NCBI GenBank assembly: GCA_016934395.1
Contig: JAFGSZ010000017.1
Span: 54,345-118,344, forward strand
Length of the DNA stretch: 64,000 bases
Source: Bacteroidales bacterium
Lineage (GTDB): Bacteria > Bacteroidota > Bacteroidia > Bacteroidales > UBA10428
Direction: 5' to 3'
Below are positions 40,026 through 50,921 of this stretch, one piece after another. The notes beneath the pieces were generated by a model. The model was not told where the DNA came from, did no database searches, and saw only the letters and a program-made list of their open reading frames with translations. The translations under genes were made by a program, and so were the position numbers. Every line of letters starts with the position of its first letter. Position 1 is the first letter of the stretch.

Positions 40026-41234
40026 CTACCAATAAAACATTGTCCCGTCATTTTTCCGGTTTACCGGAAGACAAGCCATTTCGTAAGGAAATTTATTGGC
40101 AGCCTTTTCATCGATATCCACACCTATTCCCGGTGTATCATCAATGTACATAAATCCTTTATCGTAGCGGTAATTAATTTTAAAAACTTCGTTAACAATT
40201 GCCTGGTGCGGCATGTATTCCTGTATGCCGAAGTTGTTAATGGCCATATCAAAATGAAGGGATGCCGCCAGGTTTATCGGGGATAAATCGGTGGCGCCAT
40301 GAAACCCGGTTTGGATATGAAATACTGAAGCAAAAGATGCTACTTTTAGCATATGTGTAATACCGCCTCCATGTACCAGGGGCATTCGGACAAAATCGAT
40401 AAGTTGCTCAGTGAACAGGGTGGTATAATCATAAACCGAATTAAAAACTTCACCAATGGCAATGGGTGTGGTAGCATGTTTTCTAATATGCCGCAATCCT
40501 TCCTGCAATTCACCGGTTACAGGATCTTCAAGCCAGAATAAATGAAAAGGATCCAATTCATGGGCCAGGCGTGCTGCTTCAATTGGCGTACAACGATGGT
40601 GGACATCGTGGAGCAACAACAGGTCTTCTCCATATTTTTCCCTTACTTTCTGAAAAAGCTTTGGTGCAAAATTCAGATATTTAGAAGTATCCCAATAATC
40701 TTCATGTGGTAATCCTTTTTGTGCCGGTTCATAAGGTTTGTTATCCTTAGGTACTCCATACGTGTGGGTTATGCCGGGAATCCCTGATTGTACCCTTATG
40801 GCAAAAAACCCGTTTTCAATCTCCTCTCCTACTTTTTCTAATGTTTCTGAAAGATCTTTACCGTTTGCATGTGTATAAACCAATACTTTTTCCCTGCTTT
40901 TTCCACCTATAAGATTATATAAAGGAGTATTCAACATCTTGCCTTTTATATCCCACAAAGCCATATCTATGGCTGCAATAGCCGTCATATTTACAGCACC
41001 TCGTTTCCAGTAAACCCCTCGATAAAAGTAATGCCAGATGTCTTCAATATTTTGCGGGTCTTTTCCCAGTAATGCCGGAATACAATATTCCTGCAGATAT
41101 GTAGCAACCGCTTTTTCCCGTCCGTTAAGCGTGGCATCTCCCATTCCGTAAACTCCCTGATCGGTAAAAATTTTCAGGCTGACAAAGTTACGGCCCGGAC
41201 TGCATATGATCACTTTTGCATCTGTAATTTTCAT
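40026..41234 (-). CDS. manD: D-mannonate dehydratase, enolase-superfamily ManD type
   Basis: 402 aa. MKITDAKVIICSPGRNFVSLKIFTDQGVYGMGDATLNGRE... is the typical ManD subgroup N-terminus. The enolase-superfamily barrel region includes EDP. Confidence 0.8.
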   Translation of the reverse strand: MKITDAKVIICSPGRNFVSLKIFTDQGVYGMGDATLNGREKAVATYLQEYCIPALLGKDPQNIEDIWHYFYRGVYWKRGAVNMTAIAAIDMALWDIKGKMLNTPLYNLIGGKSREKVLVYTHANGKDLSETLEKVGEEIENGFFAIRVQSGIPGITHTYGVPKDNKPYEPAQKGLPHEDYWDTSKYLNFAPKLFQKVREKYGEDLLLLHDVHHRCTPIEAARLAHELDPFHLFWLEDPVTGELQEGLRHIRKHATTPIAIGEVFNSVYDYTTLFTEQLIDFVRMPLVHGGGITHMLKVASFASVFHIQTGFHGATDLSPINLAASLHFDMAINNFGIQEYMPHQAIVNEVFKINYRYDKGFMYIDDTPGIGVDIDEKAANKFPYEMACLPVNRKNDGTMFYW

Positions 41235-41283
41235 TGAACGAATAAATAGAGGTTAATAATACCGGGAATTTTGCATGAATTTT

Positions 41284-42051
41284 TTAAAAACCTATCGAGT
41301 TTCCACCATCTACCGGTAATATTACACCGGTTATAAACGAAGAAGCTTCAGATGTCAGAAAGAATACAGCTTCGGCAACTTCTTCAGATTTTCCCAGTCG
41401 TCCGAGTGGCGTTCGGGAAAGCACTTTTCTTTTGCGTTCCGGATCGTTATTCAGCGCTTTGGTAGACATATCGGTTTCAATAAATCCGGGAGCAATACAG
41501 TTAACCCGGATCCCAATTGGTGATAATTCAACAGCCAGGGCACGGGTCATACCTTCAACAGCCGATTTGGAGCTGGTATATGCTATAACTTTTGGTATGC
41601 CGTATCTTGAAGCCATAGAACTGATATTTACAATACTGCCCCTACCCTGTTTCTTCATATATATAGCAACTTCGCGGGTTAGACTAAAAACAGCCATTTG
41701 GTTCGTATTGACAATTTCCCGGAATTCGTCATCAGAAACCTCAAATAATGATTTTTTTAAATGAATTCCTGCATTGTTTACCAGGATATCGATCCTGTTA
41801 TGCTCTTGTATTATTTTTGCAACCAGTTTCGGTAATTCAGCTAGATTCGTAAGATCTGTAGCATAACAATCAGAAAGAGGCCCGACAATAGAACAGGCTT
41901 TCCTCAACTTATTTTTATCCCGGCCGATTAAAATGGATTTGATATTGTTTAGGGCAAATTTATTTGCCACGGCAAGACCTAATCCTGATCCGCCACCAGT
42001 AATTACGGCTACCTTTTGTTGTGTATCAGAATTGTTTTCAATACTTGTCAT
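41284..42051 (-). CDS. SDR-family oxidoreductase (probably a uronate-pathway dehydrogenase/reductase)
   Basis: 255 aa. TGGGSGLGLA cofactor motif, NNAG, and catalytic YTSSKSA. It is adjacent to ManD and GH67. Confidence 0.7.
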   Translation of the reverse strand: MTSIENNSDTQQKVAVITGGGSGLGLAVANKFALNNIKSILIGRDKNKLRKACSIVGPLSDCYATDLTNLAELPKLVAKIIQEHNRIDILVNNAGIHLKKSLFEVSDDEFREIVNTNQMAVFSLTREVAIYMKKQGRGSIVNISSMASRYGIPKVIAYTSSKSAVEGMTRALAVELSPIGIRVNCIAPGFIETDMSTKALNNDPERKRKVLSRTPLGRLGKSEEVAEAVFFLTSEASSFITGVILPVDGGNSIGF

Positions 42052-42113
42052 ACAAGATTATGAATTACTTTTGCAAATGAAATTTGATAATTTTCGATTA
42101 TAAATTGCAAAAT

Positions 42114-44264
42114 TTACGGGACATAATAAAACTTTTCATTTATATAATAATCCAGATTTTGTTCAGGTTTTTCCAAATCATTCGGAATTGGCCGTTTTGA
42201 AAACGTCTGGAAATACAGCACACATGCATCCCTCCATCTTATGGCTTCTTTTTCCTGCATTTTTAATAAGGTCTTTACCTGATTATAACGCTCATTATCT
42301 ATTAATCCTTTAGTTTTCTCCCATTCTTTTTGCATCCAGATCACAGAATCTACACCGGCATAATATTTATAGCACATCTCGTCCCAAAGTGTTCTTCCGG
42401 ATTTCATTTTATAATCCCAGGGAAGATGATGAAACCAGAGTAAAACATTTTCGGGGCAGGTTTCCACATTCTCAAATTGATCCCGTACAGGAGGAAAATA
42501 CTGACTAACCGCATCACTGCCAGTAGAAGTGCGGTCAAAACCAATTCCCAGAGAATCCGCCCTGTGATAATAAAGAGAAGTCCAGTCTGGTCTTCCCTCA
42601 CTTACCCATGGTCCCGGGCCAAAATGATGTCCTCTTCCCATGATATGGTGCAAGCCGATAGGTGTCATATAATTAACTGTTATCTCACGCGAAGCAAGCA
42701 TAATAGATTTTACAGTATTTATAAAATTTTCTGAATTGGAAAAAGTCATTCGAATCCATTCATTGGCAATATCACCTGAAGTAAGGTAAGGATCCCAGGC
42801 CAGACGTCCAAAAGCATACCAGTTAGCCTGGCCAAAGGGATGACCTGTCCAGTTTCGGTCTGTTCCAATATTAGAAACTCCTGCCATTCCCGAAAGGGAC
42901 TTATGCTCTAATGAGCCGTCGATAATTGAAGCAACTGTTGATCCTTTGCCTTTTGCATAGGTGTCTGATTTAAGGCATTCTTCAAATAAAGTTGCCAGAT
43001 ATACCAAATGTGTGGCAAAACCTAGATATTCCTGGGTAATCTGGAATTCCATCATCTCCGGTGTTTTGGGCATTGCGCCAAAAAGTGGATGAAAAGGTTC
43101 CCGGGGTTGAAAATCAATGGCTCCGTTTTTAACCTGTATAAGCACATTATCCCTGAATGTTCCATCCAGGGGCACAAATTCATTATAAGCCTGTTTGGCC
43201 CGGTCTTCCGGCACATTATTATCATAAACAAAGGCACGCCACATAACAATACCATTAAATGGTTTAAGAGCATCAGCAAGCATATTTGCCCCGTCTGCAT
43301 GCGAACGTTCGTAATTTTGCGGACCGGGTTGCCCTTCCGAATTGGCTTTTACAAGAAATCCTCCAAAATCGGGAATATAGCTGTAAATTTCTTTAACCTT
43401 TTCGTTCCACCACCAAACTACATCGGGATCCAGAGGATCAGCAGTTTTCAGTTTTCCAATTTCAATGGGTGCACTAAAACGTGCCGTTAAATATACCTTT
43501 ATACCATATGGGCGAAATACACCGGCAAGCGCTGCTACTTTTTCGAGATAATCTTTTGTAAGTACAAGGGCATTGGCATTAACATTTGTAAGAACCGTAC
43601 CATTTATTCCAATAGAAGCATTTGCACGGGCATAATCGGTATATCGGGTGTATAAATAATCAGGAAGTTTATGCCAGTCCCATAAAGAGAAGCCGGCGTA
43701 ACCTCTTTCTACAGTCCTGTCAAGATTATCCCAGTGGTTCAACACCCTGATTTTAGTTTTGGGTGCACTCTCAATAGCAAGCCCCGTAATATCCAGTTGT
43801 GTTTGTAATACCCGTAAAAAATGAAACACTCCGTATAAAACGCCAATATCACTATTTGCAGCAATAATTATTGCCTTTTTCTTATTTACTTTTCCACTGA
43901 CAATTACATAACCTTCACTACCAAGATGTTTCAATTTCTCCTTTAGAGCAGCATCTGCTATATCCGACAAATTATTTATAGTGCCTGCTATTACAATTCC
44001 ATTTATAGAAAGTTGGTTCGTTTCTGGTATAAAATTTCCTAAAAGTCCGTTTAGCCCGGTTTGTAATTCCTTTTTTGCAGCATCAATAATAGCTGACTCT
44101 CCTTTAATAGTCCAGTTTGTTATTGCTTTTTTATATTCTTTTAGTGTTGGTTGATTTGATATTGTATGATATCTCATCCATAATTCATAACCATCCTCGG
44201 CATGGATAGAAAACCGGAATGGGAGACTAGATAAAAGAAGCAGGATTAATAGGTTCTTTTTCAT
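42114..44264 (-). CDS. aguA: Alpha-glucuronidase, glycoside hydrolase family 67
   Basis: 716 aa. Signal peptide. The GH67 N-terminal hallmark EDGYELWMRY, with length and central TIM-barrel segments consistent with AguA. Confidence 0.85.
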   Translation of the reverse strand: MKKNLLILLLLSSLPFRFSIHAEDGYELWMRYHTISNQPTLKEYKKAITNWTIKGESAIIDAAKKELQTGLNGLLGNFIPETNQLSINGIVIAGTINNLSDIADAALKEKLKHLGSEGYVIVSGKVNKKKAIIIAANSDIGVLYGVFHFLRVLQTQLDITGLAIESAPKTKIRVLNHWDNLDRTVERGYAGFSLWDWHKLPDYLYTRYTDYARANASIGINGTVLTNVNANALVLTKDYLEKVAALAGVFRPYGIKVYLTARFSAPIEIGKLKTADPLDPDVVWWWNEKVKEIYSYIPDFGGFLVKANSEGQPGPQNYERSHADGANMLADALKPFNGIVMWRAFVYDNNVPEDRAKQAYNEFVPLDGTFRDNVLIQVKNGAIDFQPREPFHPLFGAMPKTPEMMEFQITQEYLGFATHLVYLATLFEECLKSDTYAKGKGSTVASIIDGSLEHKSLSGMAGVSNIGTDRNWTGHPFGQANWYAFGRLAWDPYLTSGDIANEWIRMTFSNSENFINTVKSIMLASREITVNYMTPIGLHHIMGRGHHFGPGPWVSEGRPDWTSLYYHRADSLGIGFDRTSTGSDAVSQYFPPVRDQFENVETCPENVLLWFHHLPWDYKMKSGRTLWDEMCYKYYAGVDSVIWMQKEWEKTKGLIDNERYNQVKTLLKMQEKEAIRWRDACVLYFQTFSKRPIPNDLEKPEQNLDYYINEKFYYVP

Positions 44265-44388
44265 TGTTTAAAATTTTAACTTTTAATAAAACATACAAAT
44301 TTAAGATGGTAATTCTTTACAAAATTGCGGCCTTATATAATAAGATACAAGAATTCATGAAAATTATTTTATAGGATATTCAACCCGA

Positions 44389-45420
44389 TTAACCGGATTT
44401 ATTTCTTGCAGATGAAGGCCGGATAATCAGATCATGGCGTAATACTATGGTATTCAAATTATGAGAATTTACATTTTTTATCTGATTAATAAGCGTGGTA
44501 ATGGCTACCTCACCCATTTCTTCCCCGGGATAATTAATTGTGGTGAGATTAGGTTCTACAACTGTAGACATTGGTGTATTATTAAATCCCACCACAGCAA
44601 TGTCTTGTGGTATCTGTTTTCCAAATTGTTTAAATCCACAAATTACAGCTACAGCAGAGGCATCATTGGCAGCAAAAACTCCATCCGGAACCGGATCAAG
44701 TTTTAACATCTGACGGACTACTTCAATTCCACATTTGTAATCCAACTTATTAAATATTACCAGATCATCGTCAAAATCCATGTTGTTATCTGCCAATGCT
44801 TTTTTATATCCTTTAAACCGGTCGACGTATACATTACTGTATTGACTTCCCCCCAAATGAACAATTTTCTTACATCCCTGATCAATAAGATGTTTAGTAG
44901 CCTCATATCCGGCTTTGAAATTATCGATAACTATACTTACACAATCGGGATGTTCAAATACCCGATCGAAAAAAATAAGTGGAATACCCTTCTTAAATAA
45001 TATTTTAAAATGATCCAGATTTTTTGTTTCCGTTGATAATGATATTAATAAACCATCAACCCGGCTGTTGAACATGGTTAAAATTCCTGAGGATTCTTTT
45101 AGTACAGATTCCTGAGACTGCCCAATAAGAACATTATATCCAAGATCATTTGCTTTTTTTTCAATACCGGCAATAACAGTAGACATAAAATAACTATCCA
45201 GTTTAGGTACAATTACACCAACCGTTCGGGTATGTTTACGTCTTAAATTACTGGCAAATGTATTATGCTGATAGCCCATTTCCATTGCAACCTGTTGGAT
45301 TTTTTTCTTAGTATCCTTACGAATAGCCGGATGGTCGTTGAGTCCTCTGCTTACTGTTGATGCAGAGATGTTTAAAACTCTGGCAATATCATATATTGTG
45401 GTTTCTTTGTTTGTTTTCAT
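44389..45420 (-). CDS. LacI-family transcriptional regulator
   Basis: HTH TIYDIARVLNISASTVSRGLN followed by a periplasmic-binding-protein-like sugar domain. ATG at 45420 is preferred; the alternative at 45435 would put an operator-like palindrome inside the coding region. Confidence 0.88.
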   Translation of the reverse strand: MKTNKETTIYDIARVLNISASTVSRGLNDHPAIRKDTKKKIQQVAMEMGYQHNTFASNLRRKHTRTVGVIVPKLDSYFMSTVIAGIEKKANDLGYNVLIGQSQESVLKESSGILTMFNSRVDGLLISLSTETKNLDHFKILFKKGIPLIFFDRVFEHPDCVSIVIDNFKAGYEATKHLIDQGCKKIVHLGGSQYSNVYVDRFKGYKKALADNNMDFDDDLVIFNKLDYKCGIEVVRQMLKLDPVPDGVFAANDASAVAVICGFKQFGKQIPQDIAVVGFNNTPMSTVVEPNLTTINYPGEEMGEVAITTLINQIKNVNSHNLNTIVLRHDLIIRPSSARNKSG

Positions 45421-45434
45421 TTCAATCGATTGCA
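45421..45434. promoter_or_regulatory. LacI-type palindromic operator O1 (autoregulatory position)
   Basis: The minus strand reads TGCAATCGATTGAA, matching the TGnAAnCGnTTnCA family pattern at 13 of 14 positions. It is directly upstream of the lacI-family ATG. Confidence 0.5.
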
Positions 45435-45488
45435 TTGCAAATTAACGACAATTTAATTATAATAAAAAGTAACTTTTTAAATTAATAA

Positions 45489-45502
45489 TGCAATCGGTTA
45501 CA
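45489..45502. promoter_or_regulatory. LacI-type palindromic operator O2
   Basis: TGCAATCGGTTACA matches the TGnAAnCGnTTnCA dyad pattern at all fixed positions. It lies in the divergent region between the regulator and the GPH transporter/GH10/GH3/GH115 genes. Confidence 0.55.
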
Positions 45503-45822
45503 TTGTTGGAATTTATTTTTACCTTTGAAACCTTACAAAAATGATACTGTCTGAAAAAACCAGATATTCAGGATTCAAATAAATGCGTATGAAAAAAGCC
45601 ATTAAGTATAGCCAAAATATTAATATTATTTAATATATTCATTCGCTCGTTAAATACGGCAGATAAAGAATGCAACAATATATTTTTACATATATAAAAT
45701 AATTAATATTCAACAGTTTACATATGATTTGACTATGTAAGCTGTTTTTTTATAAATACATTATTGATCTTAAATATTCAACATTCTTAAAAATTCTAAT
45801 ATTGATTAATATCTTATAATTT

Positions 45823-47274
45823 ATGAAACCTGTATCACAAACTTTATCGGTTAAAGAAAAAGTTGGTTTTAGTTTAGGCGACAGTGCCGCTAACTTTATC
45901 TTTCAGACAATTATGCTATTACAGCTAAGTTTTTATACCGATTCATTCGGAATATCTGCTGGAGTAGCTGCCGTACTTTTTCTGGTTGGCCGCCTCTGGG
46001 GCGCAGTTGCAGATCCCTTGATGGGAGTTATTGCAGATAGGACAAATACGCGCTGGGGAAAATTCAGGCCATGGATTCTATGGACTGCTATTCCTTTCGG
46101 AGTAATTGGCTTTTTAGCATTCACGACGCCAGACTTTGAAACAACCGGTAAAATAATTTATGCTTTTGTGACTTATTTTTTGTTGATGTCTGTTTATTCA
46201 GCAAATAATATTCCTTATTCAGCACTTAGCGGAGTAATTACAGGTGATCAAAAACAACGGAACAGCCTTTTCTCCTATCGTTTTGTTTTTGTTGTTTTAG
46301 CAACTATAGCTATTCAGGGTTTTGCCGTACCCATGGTGAATCATTTCGGACAGGGAGATACCGCCAAAGGTTACCAGATTACAATGGGGATATTTTCTGC
46401 CCTAGCCATTATATTCTTTTTAATTACATTCTCTACAACCCGTGAAAGAATTAAACCCGATCCAAAACAACAATCTTCATTAAAAGAAGATGTTCTTACC
46501 CTGGTTAAAAACCGCCCATGGGTAATTATGTTCCTTGTTTTTGTGATGATGTTTGTTTTTCTTTCTGTGAGAAACGGTATTTTGTTATATTATTTTAGGT
46601 ATTATTTAGACACAGACAGTATGGCCGTTTTTATGGAAAGCATAAATAAAGGTTTATTCGGCTTACTTGAAAAAATTGGTATGGCAGGTGCAAATGCTGA
46701 TGTTGCCGGAAGCGTATTTGGCATAACTAATATTTTTGGCCAGCTTTCTGCGATTTTAGGAATTATGGTATCCAATTTTCTGGCTGTTAAATTTGGTAAA
46801 AGAAATATTTTTATTTTCGGTTTAGCACTTGCAATGATATTCGGAGCATTGTATATGGTTGTTTCACCCAGTGGTGTAATTTTGGTGCTGCTGCTTCAGA
46901 TATTATTCAATTTTTCATGGGGAATCACTATGCCGCTACCATGGGCAATGATGGCCGATGTGGCAGATTATTCAGAATGGAAATTTAACCGGCGGTCTAC
47001 TGCTATTGTATTTGCCGGAATTGTAATAGGTCTTAAAGTCGGTTTGGCTCTTGGAGGTGCATTGGGCGGATTACTTCTAAAATGGTACGGGTATGTGCCC
47101 AACGTAGCTCAAACAGCACATTCAATTATGGGTATTCGTTTAACAACAAGTATTTATCCAGCTATTGCTGTAATTGCTGTAATTATCTTGTTATTATTTT
47201 ATAAAATAAATCAGAAAATGGAACTTACAATTCAGGATGATCTTGTTGAGAGAAGAAAATCCTATGAATCTTAA
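45823..47274 (+). CDS. Glycoside-pentoside-hexuronide (GPH):cation symporter, MFS superfamily (probable xylo-oligosaccharide or glucuronide transporter)
   Basis: 483 aa. About 12 TM segments. GPH N-terminal signature LSVKEKVGFSLGDSAANFIFQ and GRLWGAVADPLMGVIADRT. Confidence 0.82.
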   Translation: MKPVSQTLSVKEKVGFSLGDSAANFIFQTIMLLQLSFYTDSFGISAGVAAVLFLVGRLWGAVADPLMGVIADRTNTRWGKFRPWILWTAIPFGVIGFLAFTTPDFETTGKIIYAFVTYFLLMSVYSANNIPYSALSGVITGDQKQRNSLFSYRFVFVVLATIAIQGFAVPMVNHFGQGDTAKGYQITMGIFSALAIIFFLITFSTTRERIKPDPKQQSSLKEDVLTLVKNRPWVIMFLVFVMMFVFLSVRNGILLYYFRYYLDTDSMAVFMESINKGLFGLLEKIGMAGANADVAGSVFGITNIFGQLSAILGIMVSNFLAVKFGKRNIFIFGLALAMIFGALYMVVSPSGVILVLLLQILFNFSWGITMPLPWAMMADVADYSEWKFNRRSTAIVFAGIVIGLKVGLALGGALGGLLLKWYGYVPNVAQTAHSIMGIRLTTSIYPAIAVIAVIILLLFYKINQKMELTIQDDLVERRKSYES

Positions 47275-47313
47275 TAGTATTGAAGGTTTCCATTTAAAAT
47301 AAAACATGGTACA

Positions 47314-48450
47314 ATGAATAGAAATAATATATTGAGACGATCTGTTTACGTCCTTACGATTTTTATAACAGGTACTCTATTTTGCTCTTCTTGCAGTAAG
47401 CCTGAAGTTACAATAAAAGATACTTTTAAGGATTATTTTTTAATTGGCGGGGCATTAAATGCTGAACAAATTCTTGGAATCGATTCCCTTGCCCAAACTG
47501 TTTTGATAAAGCATTTTAATTCAGTAACCGCTGAAAATGCTATGAAATGGGAAAGAATACATCCTGAACCGGACCAATATAATTTTGAACTGGCAGATAG
47601 TCTGGTTGCCTTAGGGGTTCGAAATGGAATGTTTGTTATTGGACATACGCTGGTATGGCACCATCAGACTCCTAATTGGGTTTTTGAAGATTCATTGGGA
47701 AACCCGGTAACACGAGATGTTCTCCTTCAAAGAATGAAAGACCATATATTTACTGTTGTAGGCCGGTATAAAGGTCGTATAAATGGATGGGATTTGGTAA
47801 ATGAAGCTTTGACCGAAGACGGACAGTTGAGGAATTCAAAATGGTATGAAATAATCGGTGAAGATTATATTCAGAAAGCATTTGAATTTGCTCATGAAGC
47901 AGATCCGGAAGCTGAGCTTTATTACAATGATTATAACATAGAAAACCCGGGGAAAAGAGAAGGCGCTCTGAAACTTTTAAAAAGCCTTCAGGAATCGGGA
48001 GCTAAAATTGACGGCGTTGGTATTCAGGCGCACTGGCATTTGGATTTTCCCGAATTGTCTGATATAGATACCAGTGCATCGCAATTTGGCGCATTAGGAC
48101 TTAAGGTTATGTATACTGAACTGGATGTGAATGTACTTCCAAGACCGGAAAATTTAACAGGAGCTGAAATTTCACAAAACTTTGAATTAAATCAGCAAAT
48201 GAATCCTTTTCCTGAAACTTTGCCGGATTCAATGCAGGAAAAATTATCTGAACATTATGCCACCTTGTTTAAAATATTTCTTAAACACAGTGATTATGTG
48301 AGCAGGGTAACCTTATGGGGAATTCAGGACGGTCAGTCATGGCTGAACAATTGGCCTGTTCAGGGAAGAACGAATTATCCCCTGCTTTTCGACAGGAATT
48401 ATCAACCAAAACCCGCTTATTATGCCATAATTAAAACGGCTGAGAAATAA
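47314..48450 (+). CDS. Endo-1,4-beta-xylanase, GH10 (lipoprotein)
   Basis: 378 aa. Lipobox FCSSC. GH10 catalytic segments WDLVNEAL (acid/base) and MYTELDV (nucleophile). Confidence 0.88.
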   Translation: MNRNNILRRSVYVLTIFITGTLFCSSCSKPEVTIKDTFKDYFLIGGALNAEQILGIDSLAQTVLIKHFNSVTAENAMKWERIHPEPDQYNFELADSLVALGVRNGMFVIGHTLVWHHQTPNWVFEDSLGNPVTRDVLLQRMKDHIFTVVGRYKGRINGWDLVNEALTEDGQLRNSKWYEIIGEDYIQKAFEFAHEADPEAELYYNDYNIENPGKREGALKLLKSLQESGAKIDGVGIQAHWHLDFPELSDIDTSASQFGALGLKVMYTELDVNVLPRPENLTGAEISQNFELNQQMNPFPETLPDSMQEKLSEHYATLFKIFLKHSDYVSRVTLWGIQDGQSWLNNWPVQGRTNYPLLFDRNYQPKPAYYAIIKTAEK

Positions 48451-48491
48451 AACTGTAAATCTGATTTCTGTACCATCAAAGAATTTGAAAT

Positions 48492-50804
48492 ATGCAAACT
48501 TCAGAAGACGATTTATTAAAAAATGCAGCTTATAAAAACTCTAAGCTGTCCATTGAAAAAAGAGTCGCAGATTTATTATCACGAATGACCCTTGAAGAGA
48601 AAGTGGCACAAATGGTTTGTCACTGGCAGAAAAAAAATGAATCGTTGCTGGATGAAAAAGGGAACTTCGATTATAAAAAAGCGCAGGAATATTTCAAAGA
48701 TGGTTTTGGACTGGGACAGGTAGGACGTTCAAGCGATGCCGGTGGGGGTAAAAATGCCGTTGAGATGGCTGTATTAACTAATGCCATTCAAAAATTTTTT
48801 ATCGAAAACAGCCGGCTGGGAATCCCTGTAATTTTTCATGAGGAATGTCTTCATGGACATGCTGCACCGGGAGGTACCAGTTTTTCTCAACCCATTGGTT
48901 TAGGTGCAACCTTTAATCCTGAGCTTGTTGAAAAGCTTTTTGAAATGACGGCGGAAGAAGCCCGGGTAAGAGGAACGCATCAGGCCCTTACTCCGGTTGT
49001 TGATGTGGCGCGTGATCCCCGCTGGGGCCGTGTGGAAGAGACATACGGTGAGGACCCGTACCTTGTTTCCCGCATGGGGGTGGCTGCTGTTAAAGGTTTT
49101 CAGGGTGATGGTTCATTTAACGATAAGAAACATATTATTGCCACCCTGAAGCATTTTGCAGCACATGGACAGCCTGAATCAGGAACAAACTGTGCTCCGG
49201 TTAATGTATCGGAACGGATTCTGAGAGAGGTATTTTTATATACATTCAAAAAAGCAATTATTGAAGGCGGAGCTTTAAGCATTATGCCGTCTTATAATGA
49301 AATTGACGGTGTTCCTTCTCATGCCAATACATGGTTGCTCAGGGATGTCCTTCGCGGTGAATGGGGATTTAAAGGTTTTGTTGTTTCTGATTATTATGCC
49401 ATTCGCGAATTAAATGAACGCCCGGAACTTTACGGGCATCATCTCGCAAAAGATGGTAAAGAAGCTGCAATTCTTGCTGTTAAAGCCGGAGTAAATATTG
49501 AACTTCCGGAACCTGATTGTTATAAGCATATTATTGAAGCTGTTAACGAAGGCAATATTAAATTATCCCTTATTGATGAACTGGTTTCAGATTTATTATA
49601 CTTCAAGTTCAAAATGGGATTATTTGATGATCCTTATGTGGACCCAATGGCAGCTGAAAGAGTTGTGGGAAGAGATAAAAACTCAAAACTTGCGCTGCAG
49701 GCGGCACGTGAGACTATTACCCTGTTGAAAAATGATGGCAACGTTGCGCCTCTGGATTTAAAAAATATTAAAACTATTGCGGTAATCGGGCCAAATGCAA
49801 ACCGTGAATTGCTTGGCGGATATAGTGGGATTCCTAAAAAAGTCTCTACTGTGCTTGAAGGTATTCGTGAACGCGTGGGAAATTCTGTTAACATATTATA
49901 TCACGAAGGGTGTAAAATTACTATTGGGGGTTCTTGGTGGCAGGATGAAGTTACTCCCAACAATCCTGAAGAAGACCGGGAAAGTATTATTCAGGCCGTG
50001 GAGGTTGCAAAAAAAGCCGATGTAATTGTACTGGCTATAGGTGGAAACGAACAAACTTCCCGCGAAGCCTGGATGGGTAACCATATGGGTGACCGTTCCA
50101 ATCTGCAAATGGTAGGTTTACAGGATGAATTGGTAGATAAACTGGCACTTCTCGGAAAACCAATAATTGCCTTCGTTTTTAACGGTCGTCCCCTGTCTTT
50201 TGTAAATCTTGCAAAAAAAGCATCAACACTTTTTGAATGCTGGTATCTTGGTCAGGAAACCGGGACGGCAATAGCTGAAGTGCTTTTTGGCGATGTTAAT
50301 CCGGGAGGAAAACTTCCAATTACCATTCCCCGCTCCGTTGGCCATATTCCGGCATATTATAATTATAAACCATCCGCACGCCGAGGATACCTCTTTGATG
50401 ATGTATCTCCGCTTTTTGCATTTGGTTTTGGATTAAGTTATACACAGTTTAAATTTAAAAATATTAGACTCGAAAAATCAAATATTCATTTTTCTGAATC
50501 TACAAAACTTCTTGTTGATGTTACCAATACCGGAAAAATCGCCGGCGATGAAGTGGTTCAGATGTATATCAGGGATAAAATAAGCTCGGTTACGCGTCCA
50601 GTAAAAGAACTTAAAGGATTTTTACGTATTACTCTTCAACCCGGAGAAACAAAAACAGTTGAATTGAATATTACACCTGAACATCTTTCATTCTGCGATA
50701 TACATATGGATTATGTGGTTGAACCGGGAGAATTTGAAATTATGGCGGGCAATTCATCCCGGGATAAAGACCTTCAAAAAGTTTTGCTCGTTGTGCATGA
50801 TTAG
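48492..50804 (+). CDS. GH3 beta-glucosidase/beta-xylosidase (no obvious signal peptide)
   Basis: 770 aa. GH3 N-domain with nucleophile segment GFVVSDY, a C-terminal alpha/beta domain and an Fn3-like domain (GDEVVQMYIRD). Confidence 0.85.
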   Translation: MQTSEDDLLKNAAYKNSKLSIEKRVADLLSRMTLEEKVAQMVCHWQKKNESLLDEKGNFDYKKAQEYFKDGFGLGQVGRSSDAGGGKNAVEMAVLTNAIQKFFIENSRLGIPVIFHEECLHGHAAPGGTSFSQPIGLGATFNPELVEKLFEMTAEEARVRGTHQALTPVVDVARDPRWGRVEETYGEDPYLVSRMGVAAVKGFQGDGSFNDKKHIIATLKHFAAHGQPESGTNCAPVNVSERILREVFLYTFKKAIIEGGALSIMPSYNEIDGVPSHANTWLLRDVLRGEWGFKGFVVSDYYAIRELNERPELYGHHLAKDGKEAAILAVKAGVNIELPEPDCYKHIIEAVNEGNIKLSLIDELVSDLLYFKFKMGLFDDPYVDPMAAERVVGRDKNSKLALQAARETITLLKNDGNVAPLDLKNIKTIAVIGPNANRELLGGYSGIPKKVSTVLEGIRERVGNSVNILYHEGCKITIGGSWWQDEVTPNNPEEDRESIIQAVEVAKKADVIVLAIGGNEQTSREAWMGNHMGDRSNLQMVGLQDELVDKLALLGKPIIAFVFNGRPLSFVNLAKKASTLFECWYLGQETGTAIAEVLFGDVNPGGKLPITIPRSVGHIPAYYNYKPSARRGYLFDDVSPLFAFGFGLSYTQFKFKNIRLEKSNIHFSESTKLLVDVTNTGKIAGDEVVQMYIRDKISSVTRPVKELKGFLRITLQPGETKTVELNITPEHLSFCDIHMDYVVEPGEFEIMAGNSSRDKDLQKVLLVVHD

Positions 50805-50921
50805 GCCGGAAATTACCAGCATCAATTTCGGCTTCTAATTTCCTTATAAGGAAATATTTTTAATTATTAACCTAAATTCTACTAAACAATGGAAAATTTA
50901 TCTGTAAAGGTAAATTGGATA

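Noticed and set aside
43089-43490. 133-aa plus-strand ORF, along with similar ORFs inside gyrA, clpC, sucD, GH115 and the GH3 genes
   Set aside because: All are embedded antisense or out of frame in strongly supported long genes, and none has a recognisable motif.
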